The notes below the pieces were generated by a model. The model did not search any database and was not told the origin of the DNA. It worked only from the letters and a program-made list of their open reading frames with translations. A stretch of DNA of 56,434 bases, filler included, from Stramenopiles sp. TOSAG23-2 (lineage: Eukaryota): assembly GCA_900128395.1 (NCBI GenBank). It is 4 parts of 4 records of this genome, joined end to end, with 100 filler letters (N's around TTAATTAATTAA, not from the genome) between each part and the next. Parts side by side here need not be neighbours in the genome. Positions count along the whole stretch, not along the records: positions 28,311 to 42,331 come from LT649774.1; 3 more parts are not named here. One strand, given 5' to 3'. The translations under genes and the position numbers were made by a program. This document shows positions 30,633 to 41,053 of the stretch, one piece after another (the stretch's first letter is position 1; every line of letters starts with the position of its first letter).

Positions 30633-32726
30633 ATGACGCCACTAGAAACAATTATTACAATATTTGCTACTGCGTTATCGGTCATTGCTATTGGTTCGAA
30701 TTATGTTTTATTTCGGGAATACATCGATGCGTTCTTAATCGGTTTCTTAGTGTCTCAAATATTTAGAGATTTAAAGAAACGTGTGAGAAAATATACACAG
30801 AAATTTAGTAACAATATATTTACATTAACAACAGATACACAAAATACAATTGGCACTATATTCGTGTTAATAACTGTAATAGTTTCAACGATATTTTTTA
30901 CATTCTTTTGGTCAAAACAATGTTTATTAGAAGCAAAAGAAGCTATACATATGTTTGTAGAATGGGTTGAAAACAGTTTATCAAAAGCCGATGCGCCATC
31001 ATCTTCTTCATTTTACACATCATCGTCGACATCGTCTTCTAGTACTTTAAGTGATGGTAATAATATGATATTAAGTTTTATTAAAGAGAAAAAAGAAATA
31101 TTTGGAAAATATATAGAAATGTTAGAAGATCATACAGTTATAAATGCTACTAGTAATACTGCAATAGAAGATGGTCAAAAATTAATTATGGAAGGTTCGA
31201 CATTTTCGGTTGAATACTTTCGTAAAATTGGTTCGTTATTTATGAATGCAACGTTACGCCAAGAATTATTAGATCAAATAGAAGGTGGAATTGAAATTGA
31301 ACCACATATACAAAAATTTTCAGAAATTGCAGTTTCCTCAATTGTTAATGTAATATTAGTAGCGGGTGATGTGATTGTAAATCTTAGTGTCTTCATAGTA
31401 GCGTTATATTACAATTTATTGTCTGATAAAGATTTAATTCAAAATCTATGTAACGATGTTTTACCAATTGATCCACGATTAACAAATGATATATCACGTT
31501 CAATATCGGATACAATGGAGGATATTATCATGTTGCCTATACGTATTGGAGTCTTTCGAATATTTTCAACATGGTTTTTATTTCATATTGTACAAGTGCC
31601 GTTTCCATACTTTGCTACGTTATTGATGTTATTCAGTGCAATTATACCTGTTTTAACACCAATTATAATCATGTTGCCATGGATTATTGGCATGCTATTT
31701 GTAAAACAATGGATGCAAGTAGTTGCTTTACTCATATTTACGTTGTACGTATTGCCTGCATATGATGCATTAGAATATAAAAAAGGTTTGAGAATGCATC
31801 CATATATTATTTCCTTGTCAATATTAACTGGATTTCGTGAATTTGGTTTTCCTGGTATATTATATGGCCCATTAATATTATGTTTTGGAAAATTATTTTA
31901 CATCACCGTGAAAAAATTAAAAGTATCGAAATCCGATACGTTGTCTGAAAATTCATTCTTTGGTGATTCGGATGAAGTGATTAGTGAAGCGCTTAAACAT
32001 TATAATTCCAGGCAAAGTGTTTTTAATGTGCGAAGGCGAGCTGCAACTAGTCCACCAACAATACCATCGCCACGAACTTCCACATCAAATGATCATATAA
32101 ATAACAATTCTAGTACTTACGATGAAAATGTAAATGATAATGGTATTTCACGTTTTGGAAATAGAAATACAACGCCATCGCCAAAAGTTGTTACTTTTTC
32201 TGGAGATAATTGCAATAATAATACTACTAATAATGTGAAAAGAAAAAGAAAATATGGAACAGGAGGAGAAGAAGAAATAAATGCACTGGATTATAATGAT
32301 TTATTACAAAATATGGATCGTGCTACCGTAGGATCCCTTCTAGATAATAGCAACAAAAGAAGAAACAAAGACGATAATAAGCCTCCACCATTTTTAGCTA
32401 CTTCAAGACGCAATACTACGATTGGTAAAGAGAAAAGTAAAAATTCAAAATCATATACAAATTTACGGCAAACAAAAAGTAAAAATGAAATTAGTCCATT
32501 TGTTGTAGCAAATACAAATGGTGCTAAATCAAAACGTCGTGGTGAAAATTCGAATAATAATAGTCCAGCCGATAGTTTAAAAAAAGAGAAATTAGTATCA
32601 AATGCAAAAAATCAATTACAAGGATTGATTCGTGCGAATAAAAATAAATTAAAAGCTCTTCCTAGAGCAAATAAAAATAAAGCAGTAACGAAAAATAGTA
32701 ATGGTAATGGTGGAACGTGGAAATAA
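30633..32726 (+). CDS. TMEM245/AI-2E-like multi-pass membrane protein with long disordered C-terminal tail (697 aa)
   Basis: Multiple TM segments. HPYIISLSILTGFREFGFPGILYGPLILC matches the family C-terminal signature. N/S/K-rich tail. Confidence 0.82.
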   Translation: MTPLETIITIFATALSVIAIGSNYVLFREYIDAFLIGFLVSQIFRDLKKRVRKYTQKFSNNIFTLTTDTQNTIGTIFVLITVIVSTIFFTFFWSKQCLLEAKEAIHMFVEWVENSLSKADAPSSSSFYTSSSTSSSSTLSDGNNMILSFIKEKKEIFGKYIEMLEDHTVINATSNTAIEDGQKLIMEGSTFSVEYFRKIGSLFMNATLRQELLDQIEGGIEIEPHIQKFSEIAVSSIVNVILVAGDVIVNLSVFIVALYYNLLSDKDLIQNLCNDVLPIDPRLTNDISRSISDTMEDIIMLPIRIGVFRIFSTWFLFHIVQVPFPYFATLLMLFSAIIPVLTPIIIMLPWIIGMLFVKQWMQVVALLIFTLYVLPAYDALEYKKGLRMHPYIISLSILTGFREFGFPGILYGPLILCFGKLFYITVKKLKVSKSDTLSENSFFGDSDEVISEALKHYNSRQSVFNVRRRAATSPPTIPSPRTSTSNDHINNNSSTYDENVNDNGISRFGNRNTTPSPKVVTFSGDNCNNNTTNNVKRKRKYGTGGEEEINALDYNDLLQNMDRATVGSLLDNSNKRRNKDDNKPPPFLATSRRNTTIGKEKSKNSKSYTNLRQTKSKNEISPFVVANTNGAKSKRRGENSNNNSPADSLKKEKLVSNAKNQLQGLIRANKNKLKALPRANKNKAVTKNSNGNGGTWK

Positions 32727-33263
32727 ATTTGTGTATATTTATATTATATATGACGTTTTGCATGTGATTATGTAAATATATATATATATATATTACAAAA
32801 CATGTAATGTCGTCAAACATCAAAACGACAACAAATATATATGATGCATTTTCGAAATTTCTAAAGTCTCCCGGATTATAAAGATCAGTTTTTTAAGAGA
32901 AGAGTAACAGATGTTTTTATTGTTTTCGAGCGTGATGAAATGCATAATATTTAGCTTTTTACAAAATAGAATATTAGATTTACTACAATACTGCTGCGTA
33001 TATAAATTATATTTTTTTTAACGCACACATTTTTTATTCTTTTTTTCACACATTTTTTTTCAATTTTTTATATCATACCGAAAACGTTTGATTTTATTCA
33101 TTCGTTCGTTTTTTAATTATTTTTTATCATGTTTTTATTTTTAATTAATTATTTACACCTTTCATGTTTTTCATATAATCTTGTTGTCAATCAATGTATT
33201 AATACATATACTGTGTATGTTATATTTGTATACATTTTTCGTTTTAATAGTTTTTGGTCTTAT

Positions 33264-34565
33264 TTATTTCCAACTACGAAGCGATTCACGTGTTCTTGAA
33301 GATTTTACAGAAAGAATATGATCTGCAGTAATGACTTTTGTAGTAGCACATTTACCTGAAAAAGTACTATATTCACGATTTGGAAAATATTCAATAGTTA
33401 CGTAATTCGTGCCATATCGAATTTTTGTAACACGAGCTTCATATGTATAAGAAAGACCTTTGACACTTCCACGCTGTACATGGTAGCCACGACATCGTAC
33501 AACATCGCCAACAAAAAATCGACGCAATGGTTTCCATAATGTATTTAACCATGCTTTGTCCGTTTGCAAATCTTTTTTTTGATCTTTACGAACATCTTCA
33601 AGTGCTTTCGAATGGACATCTAAAAATCCAATCAAAATATAACGTGTACCACGTGTAATTTTTCTACCAGAATGGCGCAATTTACCGCAATGCAATAACA
33701 TGGAGCCTTGTTTTGGTGTTACGGTATGATTGATGCATTCGAAATATGTACCACCGCCATTGAAATCGTTCGAATCATTCAATAAAATATTATATGAAAT
33801 CAATGAACCATCTCTATGCGCATCTAATTTGTCACGACTACGATCATCTCCATCAACTGCATATTTTACGATAAATTCATCTGCAACTGTAAACGTAGCA
33901 TCGTGTAAACCAAATTGTTTACGAACTTGAGGAAAGACAAGCGTATTCAATATGGTATTGCTTATTGGACGTAATGTTGCAACACTTTTCGTTGGAATGT
34001 CCACGGTTGGAAAGAATTTGTGGCGATCGTATGTCCATCCATATCGTAATGCATATTCTTCCGCTTTTGCAATAATATTTTCACATTCAGATTTTGCAAG
34101 ACAATCGCTAATTTCAAAGATACCAGTCAATGGATTCAACGACGTTGTGACAGGTGTGATAATCTTCGTCGTACAATTATCAACTTGCACTTTTTTCACG
34201 TTTGACAAGGGATTGGTTAAAAAGCGACGTTTTGGATTCATTGGCAACAAAAATTTTTCATTTGATGATTTGTTTGATGCTGGTGTAGCAGCAAGCGGTG
34301 AAATTTTTGTTGTTTTATTTTTACAAATATTATTATTATTATTATTCGTCACGATTCTAGATGGTGAATTATTAATATTTGGAAGTTTCGTTTTTTTTTG
34401 TTTTCGTACATTGGTCGCATTGATCTCTTCATCTTTCGATCCAAATGTTTTTGGATGTTTAGCGATGGATTTGCCACTATTGCTGCGACGATAACAAAAA
34501 GCATTTGCTAATGAAAATTTATTATTTTCACGTGTTGTAGATGAATGTGTTTTTTTCGAATACAT
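33264..34565 (-). CDS. 2OG-Fe(II) oxygenase (PLOD/prolyl-hydroxylase-like) with disordered N-terminus and C-terminal chromo-barrel/Tudor-like segment (~433 aa)
   Basis: GWTYDRHKFFPTVDI, FIVKY, LDAHRDGS (HxD), NILLN..DFNGGGTYF, RHSG (His), ITRGTRYILIGF. First ATG is 34565. Confidence 0.88.
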   Translation of the reverse strand: MYSKKTHSSTTRENNKFSLANAFCYRRSNSGKSIAKHPKTFGSKDEEINATNVRKQKKTKLPNINNSPSRIVTNNNNNNICKNKTTKISPLAATPASNKSSNEKFLLPMNPKRRFLTNPLSNVKKVQVDNCTTKIITPVTTSLNPLTGIFEISDCLAKSECENIIAKAEEYALRYGWTYDRHKFFPTVDIPTKSVATLRPISNTILNTLVFPQVRKQFGLHDATFTVADEFIVKYAVDGDDRSRDKLDAHRDGSLISYNILLNDSNDFNGGGTYFECINHTVTPKQGSMLLHCGKLRHSGRKITRGTRYILIGFLDVHSKALEDVRKDQKKDLQTDKAWLNTLWKPLRRFFVGDVVRCRGYHVQRGSVKGLSYTYEARVTKIRYGTNYVTIEYFPNREYSTFSGKCATTKVITADHILSVKSSRTRESLRSWK

Positions 34566-35073
34566 TTCTTTGTTTTTCTTTAATAATGATAATTTCAAAA
34601 TTTTAAAAATGTTATTTTTTTAATTTTTTTTTAATTAATATGAATTCGTTCAACATCAAATTGTATAATCGATATGTTACGCGATCGTTCCAATTGTTTT
34701 CTATCGTATAAATCAAACGTTTGTTTGTATTTGTTTATAAAAAATTACAATTTATTTGTTTTGTATTTTGTATCATATTTCATTTTCTTTGGTATTGTGT
34801 GTATACGACTTTGTGAATTGGTAAAAACATCAAGTTTATATTGGTGAAATGGTGAAGTTCACAATGCTATTCCCCTTCTAAATTTGGTGATGGACGACTG
34901 CGATGTGAATTTGTCCGTAGCTCAAGCAAAAATTTTTGTTTTTTGTTGCGATTTTGCGATGTGCGCGAAGTGATGATAGACTTTTCGAGTGTATGTTTAA
35001 GGTACAATAAATAACATAGTTCTGTGATGCTGCTATGGTGTTTTATTGTGATTGTGTTGGAATTTGGAATATA

Positions 35074-35231
35074 GTATTAGTATACAATATGTTGTACTTA
35101 TCGTCTTATCGTTTTTTAGTTAGAAATTAGAAAAGGGGATTTATATATGTATTAGTATACTATATATTATACTTGTATGTTTTTATTTTTTATGTTGATT
35201 ATTGATATTAGTATACTATATGTTATACTTA
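35074..35231. repeat. Three degenerate ~26-bp direct repeats (TATTAGTATACwATATrTTrTACTT)
   Basis: Copies at ~35074-35100, ~35149-35174 and ~35206-35231, in a divergent intergenic region. Confidence 0.7.
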
Positions 35232-35602
35232 CCATTTTTTAAAAAGAAGTTTTATGAATGTTTAAGGTATTGTACACCCAAAAATCACAGAGAATCCAAA
35301 ACGTGCAAACTAGTTTTAATTTTAACACTATTCACTATTAGAACTATTGGATCGATAAATTTGTCCGCTCATTTTTAAAAATGTGAAGTTGTTTTTAATT
35401 TTTTCATTAATAGTACCTGGTACTAATACATTAACATAGTAATAGTACTATAATATATATATTGTTTCGGTGTAATGTTCATTGGGGAGAAGCAAAGAGA
35501 GAAACACGTAAGAGAGAATGATCATTGTAATAGTGTAAAAACAAATAAAGAGAGAGATAGAGATATTGTAGCACGATATTGTAGAAATATATAAACAAGA
35601 AG

Positions 35603-36097
35603 ATGGCGGGAAAAACAAATGATGCAATTGTAGAAAATGAAAACGAAGCAAGGGAATGCTTTGCTATGTTTGATGAAGATAGTGATGGTTATATTAAAAA
35701 AAGTCAATTGCCAATATTATTAATGTCTTTAGGTAGTAACCCGACACAAAGGGAAATGAAACAAATTGTTGGTGATATGAAATTTAAAAAGACAGGTAAA
35801 ATTTCATGTAGCGAATTTTTGTACATATTGCGTAAAACAGCTGGACAATCAAAGAAAAGTCCAGGTGATGAAATGCTACAAGGGATGAAAGTATATGATA
35901 ATTTAATGAGCAAAAATATTGGTGATGGCAATGTAACTAAACAAGAGTTACAACATATAATGACAAAATTTGGTGAAAAGTTAAATAAAGAGGAAATGAA
36001 AAGCTTAATGGAATTTGCAGGCGATGCATCTAAATCTGGCAATGTGAATTATGCAAAATTTGTTGATAAATTAGTAAACCCACATAAATATAAATAA
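35603..36097 (+). CDS. Calmodulin-like / myosin light chain-like EF-hand protein (164 aa)
   Basis: EARECFAMFDEDSDGYI, LMSLGSNPTQREM, ELQHIMTKFGEKLNKEEM, GNVNYAKFV. All four EF loops deviate from the canonical Ca2+ consensus. Confidence 0.9.
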   Translation: MAGKTNDAIVENENEARECFAMFDEDSDGYIKKSQLPILLMSLGSNPTQREMKQIVGDMKFKKTGKISCSEFLYILRKTAGQSKKSPGDEMLQGMKVYDNLMSKNIGDGNVTKQELQHIMTKFGEKLNKEEMKSLMEFAGDASKSGNVNYAKFVDKLVNPHKYK

Positions 36098-36185
36098 AGG
36101 TACAGCAGATTATGTGTGTGTGTGTTGTTTGTAGAGATTACATATATCATATATCAAACATATATGATATATAAAAGATTTTAAT

Positions 36186-36188
<3 letters not shown>

Positions 36189-36218
<30 letters not shown>
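36189..36218. repeat. (AG)15 microsatellite
   Basis: Perfect dinucleotide run between convergent genes. Confidence 0.9.
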
Positions 36219-36220
<2 letters not shown>

Positions 36221-36486
36221 GTACATAGAGTATGGATTATTAATTTTACGACGCGAAATATTTAAAAAAAAGAATATAAATATCTTAAAACCAATTTACT
36301 ATCTCACACAGTGTCACACAATATGTGTCAATAATGTTACTAAAAAAATATTTTTTATACGACGTATTTTATTAAATATTTTTAAAAAAAATGCTTTTTT
36401 TCTCTCTCTGACACACACAACTCCAACATAAAAACCTTTCCTTTTGTCCGCGCCCCGTGTATTCCATTTTTATATATATATAAGTT

Positions 36487-38487
36487 TTAAGATAATGTAG
36501 CAGCAAGTGTTGTTACGTGTGAACCGATTGCTCTGACAGCTTGTATTACTAACAATCTTGTACGTGCCTGTTTCAACCAATCTGCTGCATATGCACCATC
36601 TTTCTCATCCATAGTTTCCACTTCTTTCACACTATTCGCTAAATCATTTTTAGATAAATAATACGAAGCACGTGCTAATTTATGCTCAGTCGTATTTCCT
36701 TCAAAAATGGCTTCGTTTTGCACTTCTTCCTGTATTGCATTTGCAACACTACTGATTGCTTGTCCAAAGATTCCTGCATTTGCCGGTTCAAAGGAAGATT
36801 TACGACATTGATCTTTGACAGCATCGAATCTACTTTGTAATTCTGTCATAGAGGCTATACCTTTAAATGCAGATTTTGGAATGGAAGACAATGCAGCTTC
36901 TATTACAGGATCGTCCCCAGCTGCTACTTGTAAAGATGCAGCGGCATCGCTTATAGTATTGCTACCACCTTGCAATGTTTCATGAAATGATAATAATGCC
37001 GTACAAACTAAATGAATTTGATGGCTTTTTTGTAAATATTCTTTATTAAAATGGAATACTTTGTCTAACATTTGTAAACGTGAATTGATTTCCTCTACTT
37101 CCTCCATTCGTTCGTTTTGAACTTGCAAGGAATGCTCCAATGCTTCTTGTAATTTTCGTTTAAATTCAACAGTTAATTTTGCTTCAATTTCCTCACGTGC
37201 CTCTGCAATTTTTGCATTTTTTTCATCGTCGTACTTATCAACAAGTGATTCAGATACATATTGTATTTTTTTCGTATAATCATCAATGGTTTGATCTAAT
37301 CGTTCGGAAAATTTTTCTCTTAATTGTATTTCTTGATCGAGTAATTTTGCTTGCACCAGTTCATCGTATTTCGCCGCTTGCTTTTTCAATGATTCCACGA
37401 TTTTTTCAGATGTACGAGATTCAGTAGCATTTAATACAGCAACTAATTTGGTCGCTTCCCTTTTATTTTGCTCTTGTACTTGCATCACTAATTGAACGAC
37501 ACGTCTTCGTAATGTTTCCATATCACCAGTGCTTAAATCTTCAGCTAATATATTTTCAAGATCTTTTCGTAATATTTCATGGCTATCCTGTACATCTTTC
37601 ACTGCTGCTTCTCTCACTGCACTTTGTACTTGATATGCTTCTTCCTCAACATTTTTAATATCTCTTTTAATTTTTTCAATTTCTTCTTCACTAGGCCTTA
37701 CTTTACGTACTTCCTCACGTTTCATTTCAGCATCTTCTTTTAATTCTTCAATCTTCGCTTCCGTTTCCACTGCTTTAATTACCTCGGCTGTAATTTTCTC
37801 ACTAACAATTTCATCTTCGGTCTTCTTTGCATCTGTACCTGTATCATCTGTCTTTGCACCATTATTATTATTATTATTGTTGTTTTCTTCTTCCGTCGTA
37901 CTACTACTACTATTGTCCCCCTGTACAGTTTCCGCGACAGTATCTTTTGAACTGGTTTCATCACTACCTTTTTCCTCTTCTGTAGCAGTTCCCGTTGTTG
38001 TAGCTGTTGAATCCACTGTTGCAGATGATGATTCTGCTTTTGTCTTTTCTTTTTCTGCAAATATTTCAACATTTGTCAATGTTGATTTGCCATTATTATT
38101 ATTACTACTACTACTACTACTGTTATTATTGTTATTATTACCTTTTTTATCTGCCATTGGTATATATGGTTCAACTAATTTAATAATGGATGGTGCTTTC
38201 TTACGTGCTGTTGTACAAAATTCTGGATCTTTATATAATTTAATTGCTCCATAGCCTAATGGTACACTGACAGCTAATAATAATAATGGTGCAGCACTAC
38301 TACCACCACTTTGTTCTCTTTTCGCTTTCGATGCAGCAGCTTGATCAATTACTTCTGGTTTTTTTTTACCACCACCACCACCACTACTACTACTTTTTTT
38401 ATTAGAAAATAACCTTTTTTTATTTTGTTGATTATATATTTTTTTTCTTACCATAGGCGAAGATGCCAATTTACTAAATCGCCACAT
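36487..38487 (-). CDS. MIC60: MICOS subunit Mic60 / mitofilin (666 aa)
   Basis: Presequence (MWRFSKLASS...RLFS), single TM (PLLLLAVSVPLGYGAI), long coiled coil, DDPVIEAALSSIP..GIASMTELQSRF, and the mitofilin domain LARASYYL..NDLANSVKEV...AADWLKQARTRLLVIQA. Confidence 0.92.
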   Translation of the reverse strand: MWRFSKLASSPMVRKKIYNQQNKKRLFSNKKSSSSGGGGGKKKPEVIDQAAASKAKREQSGGSSAAPLLLLAVSVPLGYGAIKLYKDPEFCTTARKKAPSIIKLVEPYIPMADKKGNNNNNNSSSSSSNNNNGKSTLTNVEIFAEKEKTKAESSSATVDSTATTTGTATEEEKGSDETSSKDTVAETVQGDNSSSSTTEEENNNNNNNNGAKTDDTGTDAKKTEDEIVSEKITAEVIKAVETEAKIEELKEDAEMKREEVRKVRPSEEEIEKIKRDIKNVEEEAYQVQSAVREAAVKDVQDSHEILRKDLENILAEDLSTGDMETLRRRVVQLVMQVQEQNKREATKLVAVLNATESRTSEKIVESLKKQAAKYDELVQAKLLDQEIQLREKFSERLDQTIDDYTKKIQYVSESLVDKYDDEKNAKIAEAREEIEAKLTVEFKRKLQEALEHSLQVQNERMEEVEEINSRLQMLDKVFHFNKEYLQKSHQIHLVCTALLSFHETLQGGSNTISDAAASLQVAAGDDPVIEAALSSIPKSAFKGIASMTELQSRFDAVKDQCRKSSFEPANAGIFGQAISSVANAIQEEVQNEAIFEGNTTEHKLARASYYLSKNDLANSVKEVETMDEKDGAYAADWLKQARTRLLVIQAVRAIGSHVTTLAATLS

Positions 38488-38819
38488 GTTTAACCCTACA
38501 AATAATTGATGAATCTATTGGTAAATATAATTATACAATATAATATAATATATATGTATGTTTTGAAAGATTGTTCCTTTGTCCTGATGTGCAATCAATC
38601 GATCGATCTCCTATAGCTTCAGTAATATATGTATCTTTGTATTGATTTATTCATTATTTTTTTGTTGTTTTTTTTTTGTTTTTTTGGATGAGAAAAAATA
38701 GAAACTTTCTCGGTAGTCGGTGCTATGTACCTACTAATTGAAGTAAGGGATTTCTAAAATCCCAGCTGCTGTCCATGGTGTGTCGATGTGTCCTCCTATC
38801 CTTTTGCAATGACGGATGA

Positions 38820-39081
38820 TTAAGGGTAATAAGTATAAATTTAGTATACCAATATAATGTTATATTTTGGAAATATCAGGATTAAGGATTAAGATTAAGG
38901 GTAATAAGTATAGATTTAGTTTACCAATTTATGTATATTTATTTAGGCAGAAGGCAGATTGGAAATATCAGAGGTGATTAAGGATATTTAGGATTAAGGA
39001 TTAAGGGTAATAAGTATAGATTTAGTATACCTATCGATATACTAAGTATGTATATTTATATAGGAAAATATTGGAAATATC
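38820..39081. repeat. Three degenerate tandem units containing TTAAGGGTAATAAGTATArATTTAGTwTACC...TTGGAAATATC
   Basis: Core copies start at ~38820, ~38895 and ~39001, interspersed with GGATTAA/TTAAGG repeats. Lies in the divergent MIC60/GTPase intergenic region. Confidence 0.8.
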
Positions 39082-39324
39082 CATAAAATCCAAAAATGGC
39101 CAATCTAAAATCACTCCAATGTTAAAAAATAGAAAAAACTATATATAAAACAAATTAATAAAATAATAGAAATTGTAGAGAGAGATAAATGATGAATAGA
39201 GATATAGGTTCATATATATATATATATATACGTTAAATACATATTTAATACCCCTGTTTGAGAAGTGGAGAAGAGATACGTATATAGAAAAATATAATAA
39301 GAAAAGTGTCTCTATCCAATCATC

Positions 39325-40311
39325 ATGTCGGCCTTTTTACAAAATAATAATGATGGTAATAATAATGAGTTACAATATAATAATATTTATCGTGTAGCAA
39401 TAATTGGTGATCAAAAAACAGGGAAAACGGAAATATTAAAATGGTTCTTTGAAGGTAGAAAAAACCATGGTAATATAGAATATGAAGAAGTATTGGTTGG
39501 GGAATTTACACGTGAAGTGGATTATGTACGAATCCCAGGATCATTACATCGTTTCCAATCATCTTTTGAAACTGAAAAGTTTAAAGATTATCGTAAAAAT
39601 AAATTTAAAGCAAGGCATGAACGAAAAGCAATATTACAACGAAAAAAATTTAATAAACGTTATCGTGCAACTGTATCACCTTTATTTTATGATGTTATTG
39701 TTGGTGGGGACGATGATCAAGATAATAGTAATAATAATGATAATGGGTCATCTGGAAATGTAAAAAATAAAACAGCTGTTCAAGTTTGGGATACATCTGG
39801 TAAATCATCTTTTAGTCGCTTAGGTTTAATCTTTGAAGAATTTCGACTTGTGGATTTATTTTTATTAACATTTAGTATTGATGATCGAGCCACGTTTGAT
39901 AATGTAAAAAAATGGAAAAATGATGTTATAAATCAATTAGAACATATGGGAAATCATCGTAAGATACCACTTATATTAATTGGTACAAAATTAGATAAAG
40001 AGGAAAATAGACAAGTGACACAAGATCGTGTATATGATTATTGTCGACGAAAAGCACCACATGGTGGTAATATACCATATTTTGAAGTTTCCTCACGTAT
40101 ACCTGCGGAAGGTTCCTCAATTAATGAAATTTTTGATGAAGCTGTTAAATTAATTGAAATCAATCGTAGCATAGCAGAAATATCAATGGATGATACTGGT
40201 AAGCATAAACCAATATCACAAAAACAATTGCGTTTAATACATACAAATTATGCATTAAAAAATGGTAAAGACGATATGAATCGAAGTTGTAAAGCATGTA
40301 GTGTAATGTAA
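39325..40311 (+). CDS. Atypical Ras-superfamily small GTPase, Rab7-like, with large insertion and CaaX end (328 aa)
   Basis: G1 GDQKTGKT, G2-like KKFNKRYRAT, G3 WDTSGK, G4 TKLD, G5 IPYFEVSSR. C-terminus CKACSVM. Confidence 0.85.
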   Translation: MSAFLQNNNDGNNNELQYNNIYRVAIIGDQKTGKTEILKWFFEGRKNHGNIEYEEVLVGEFTREVDYVRIPGSLHRFQSSFETEKFKDYRKNKFKARHERKAILQRKKFNKRYRATVSPLFYDVIVGGDDDQDNSNNNDNGSSGNVKNKTAVQVWDTSGKSSFSRLGLIFEEFRLVDLFLLTFSIDDRATFDNVKKWKNDVINQLEHMGNHRKIPLILIGTKLDKEENRQVTQDRVYDYCRRKAPHGGNIPYFEVSSRIPAEGSSINEIFDEAVKLIEINRSIAEISMDDTGKHKPISQKQLRLIHTNYALKNGKDDMNRSCKACSVM

Positions 40312-41053
40312 AATATATATGTGTGATATCATATTTGTCATAGTTGTCTTATGTAATATCACAAATACTTCTAATTAATACCACAATGTACCAGGTACTT
40401 GGTAAAATGTAAATAATATAGATAAAATTCATCATAGGGTAATGAAAAGCTAAAGTATACCAAATACTTCATTTTAGTATTAAAGATAGATAAATTCATT
40501 ATCTCACAACTACACAACAGCCTTTTTATTTTTGAACCAACAACGCACATGCCAGCCATCAGCATGCACCACCAATCCAAATAAAAAACACTGTGTTATT
40601 TAGTAGTGTTAATTAATACTATATTAATAAGAACACTTACATCACTGTTACATGTATAACTATTAATAAGAAGAACACCACAACAAGATGATTGCTATTA
40701 ATAAATATCATAATAAACAACAACACTAACCAGGCTAACTTCCATACAATAAACAACAGCCTTTTTGAATCTAAACCAAGATAATAATACTATAAAGAAG
40801 TTATATATATTCTTTACTATAGTAGGATAACATATTATTCTTGCGATTGAGTATTGAGCATATTACTTAACACGAGAAGTGTAAAATTATTATAACTTAG
40901 ATTTTAACCATCAATAATATATTAATATAATATATGTTTGTAACTTGCGAGATATATATTTGAGAAGACAAACACTATTGATTAAATTGAGGAAGTATAA
41001 CAGCAGCAAAAGTAAGAATAACAACAAAAACACTATACTATATACGTACGAGT

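Noticed and set aside
646-36097. Myosin heavy chain plus light-chain-like gene as a linked system
   Set aside because: They are on different contigs separated by artificial spacers, so co-occurrence is uninformative.
12869-38487. Apparent enrichment of mitochondrial proteins (Coa1-like, methyltransferase, SHMT, PhyH, Mic60)
   Set aside because: They are spread over three unlinked contigs and the number is compatible with chance.
38820-39081. Possible telomeric (TTAAGGG-like) or CRISPR-like array
   Set aside because: Only three degenerate units with related, irregular spacers; internal location, no cas genes, eukaryotic context.
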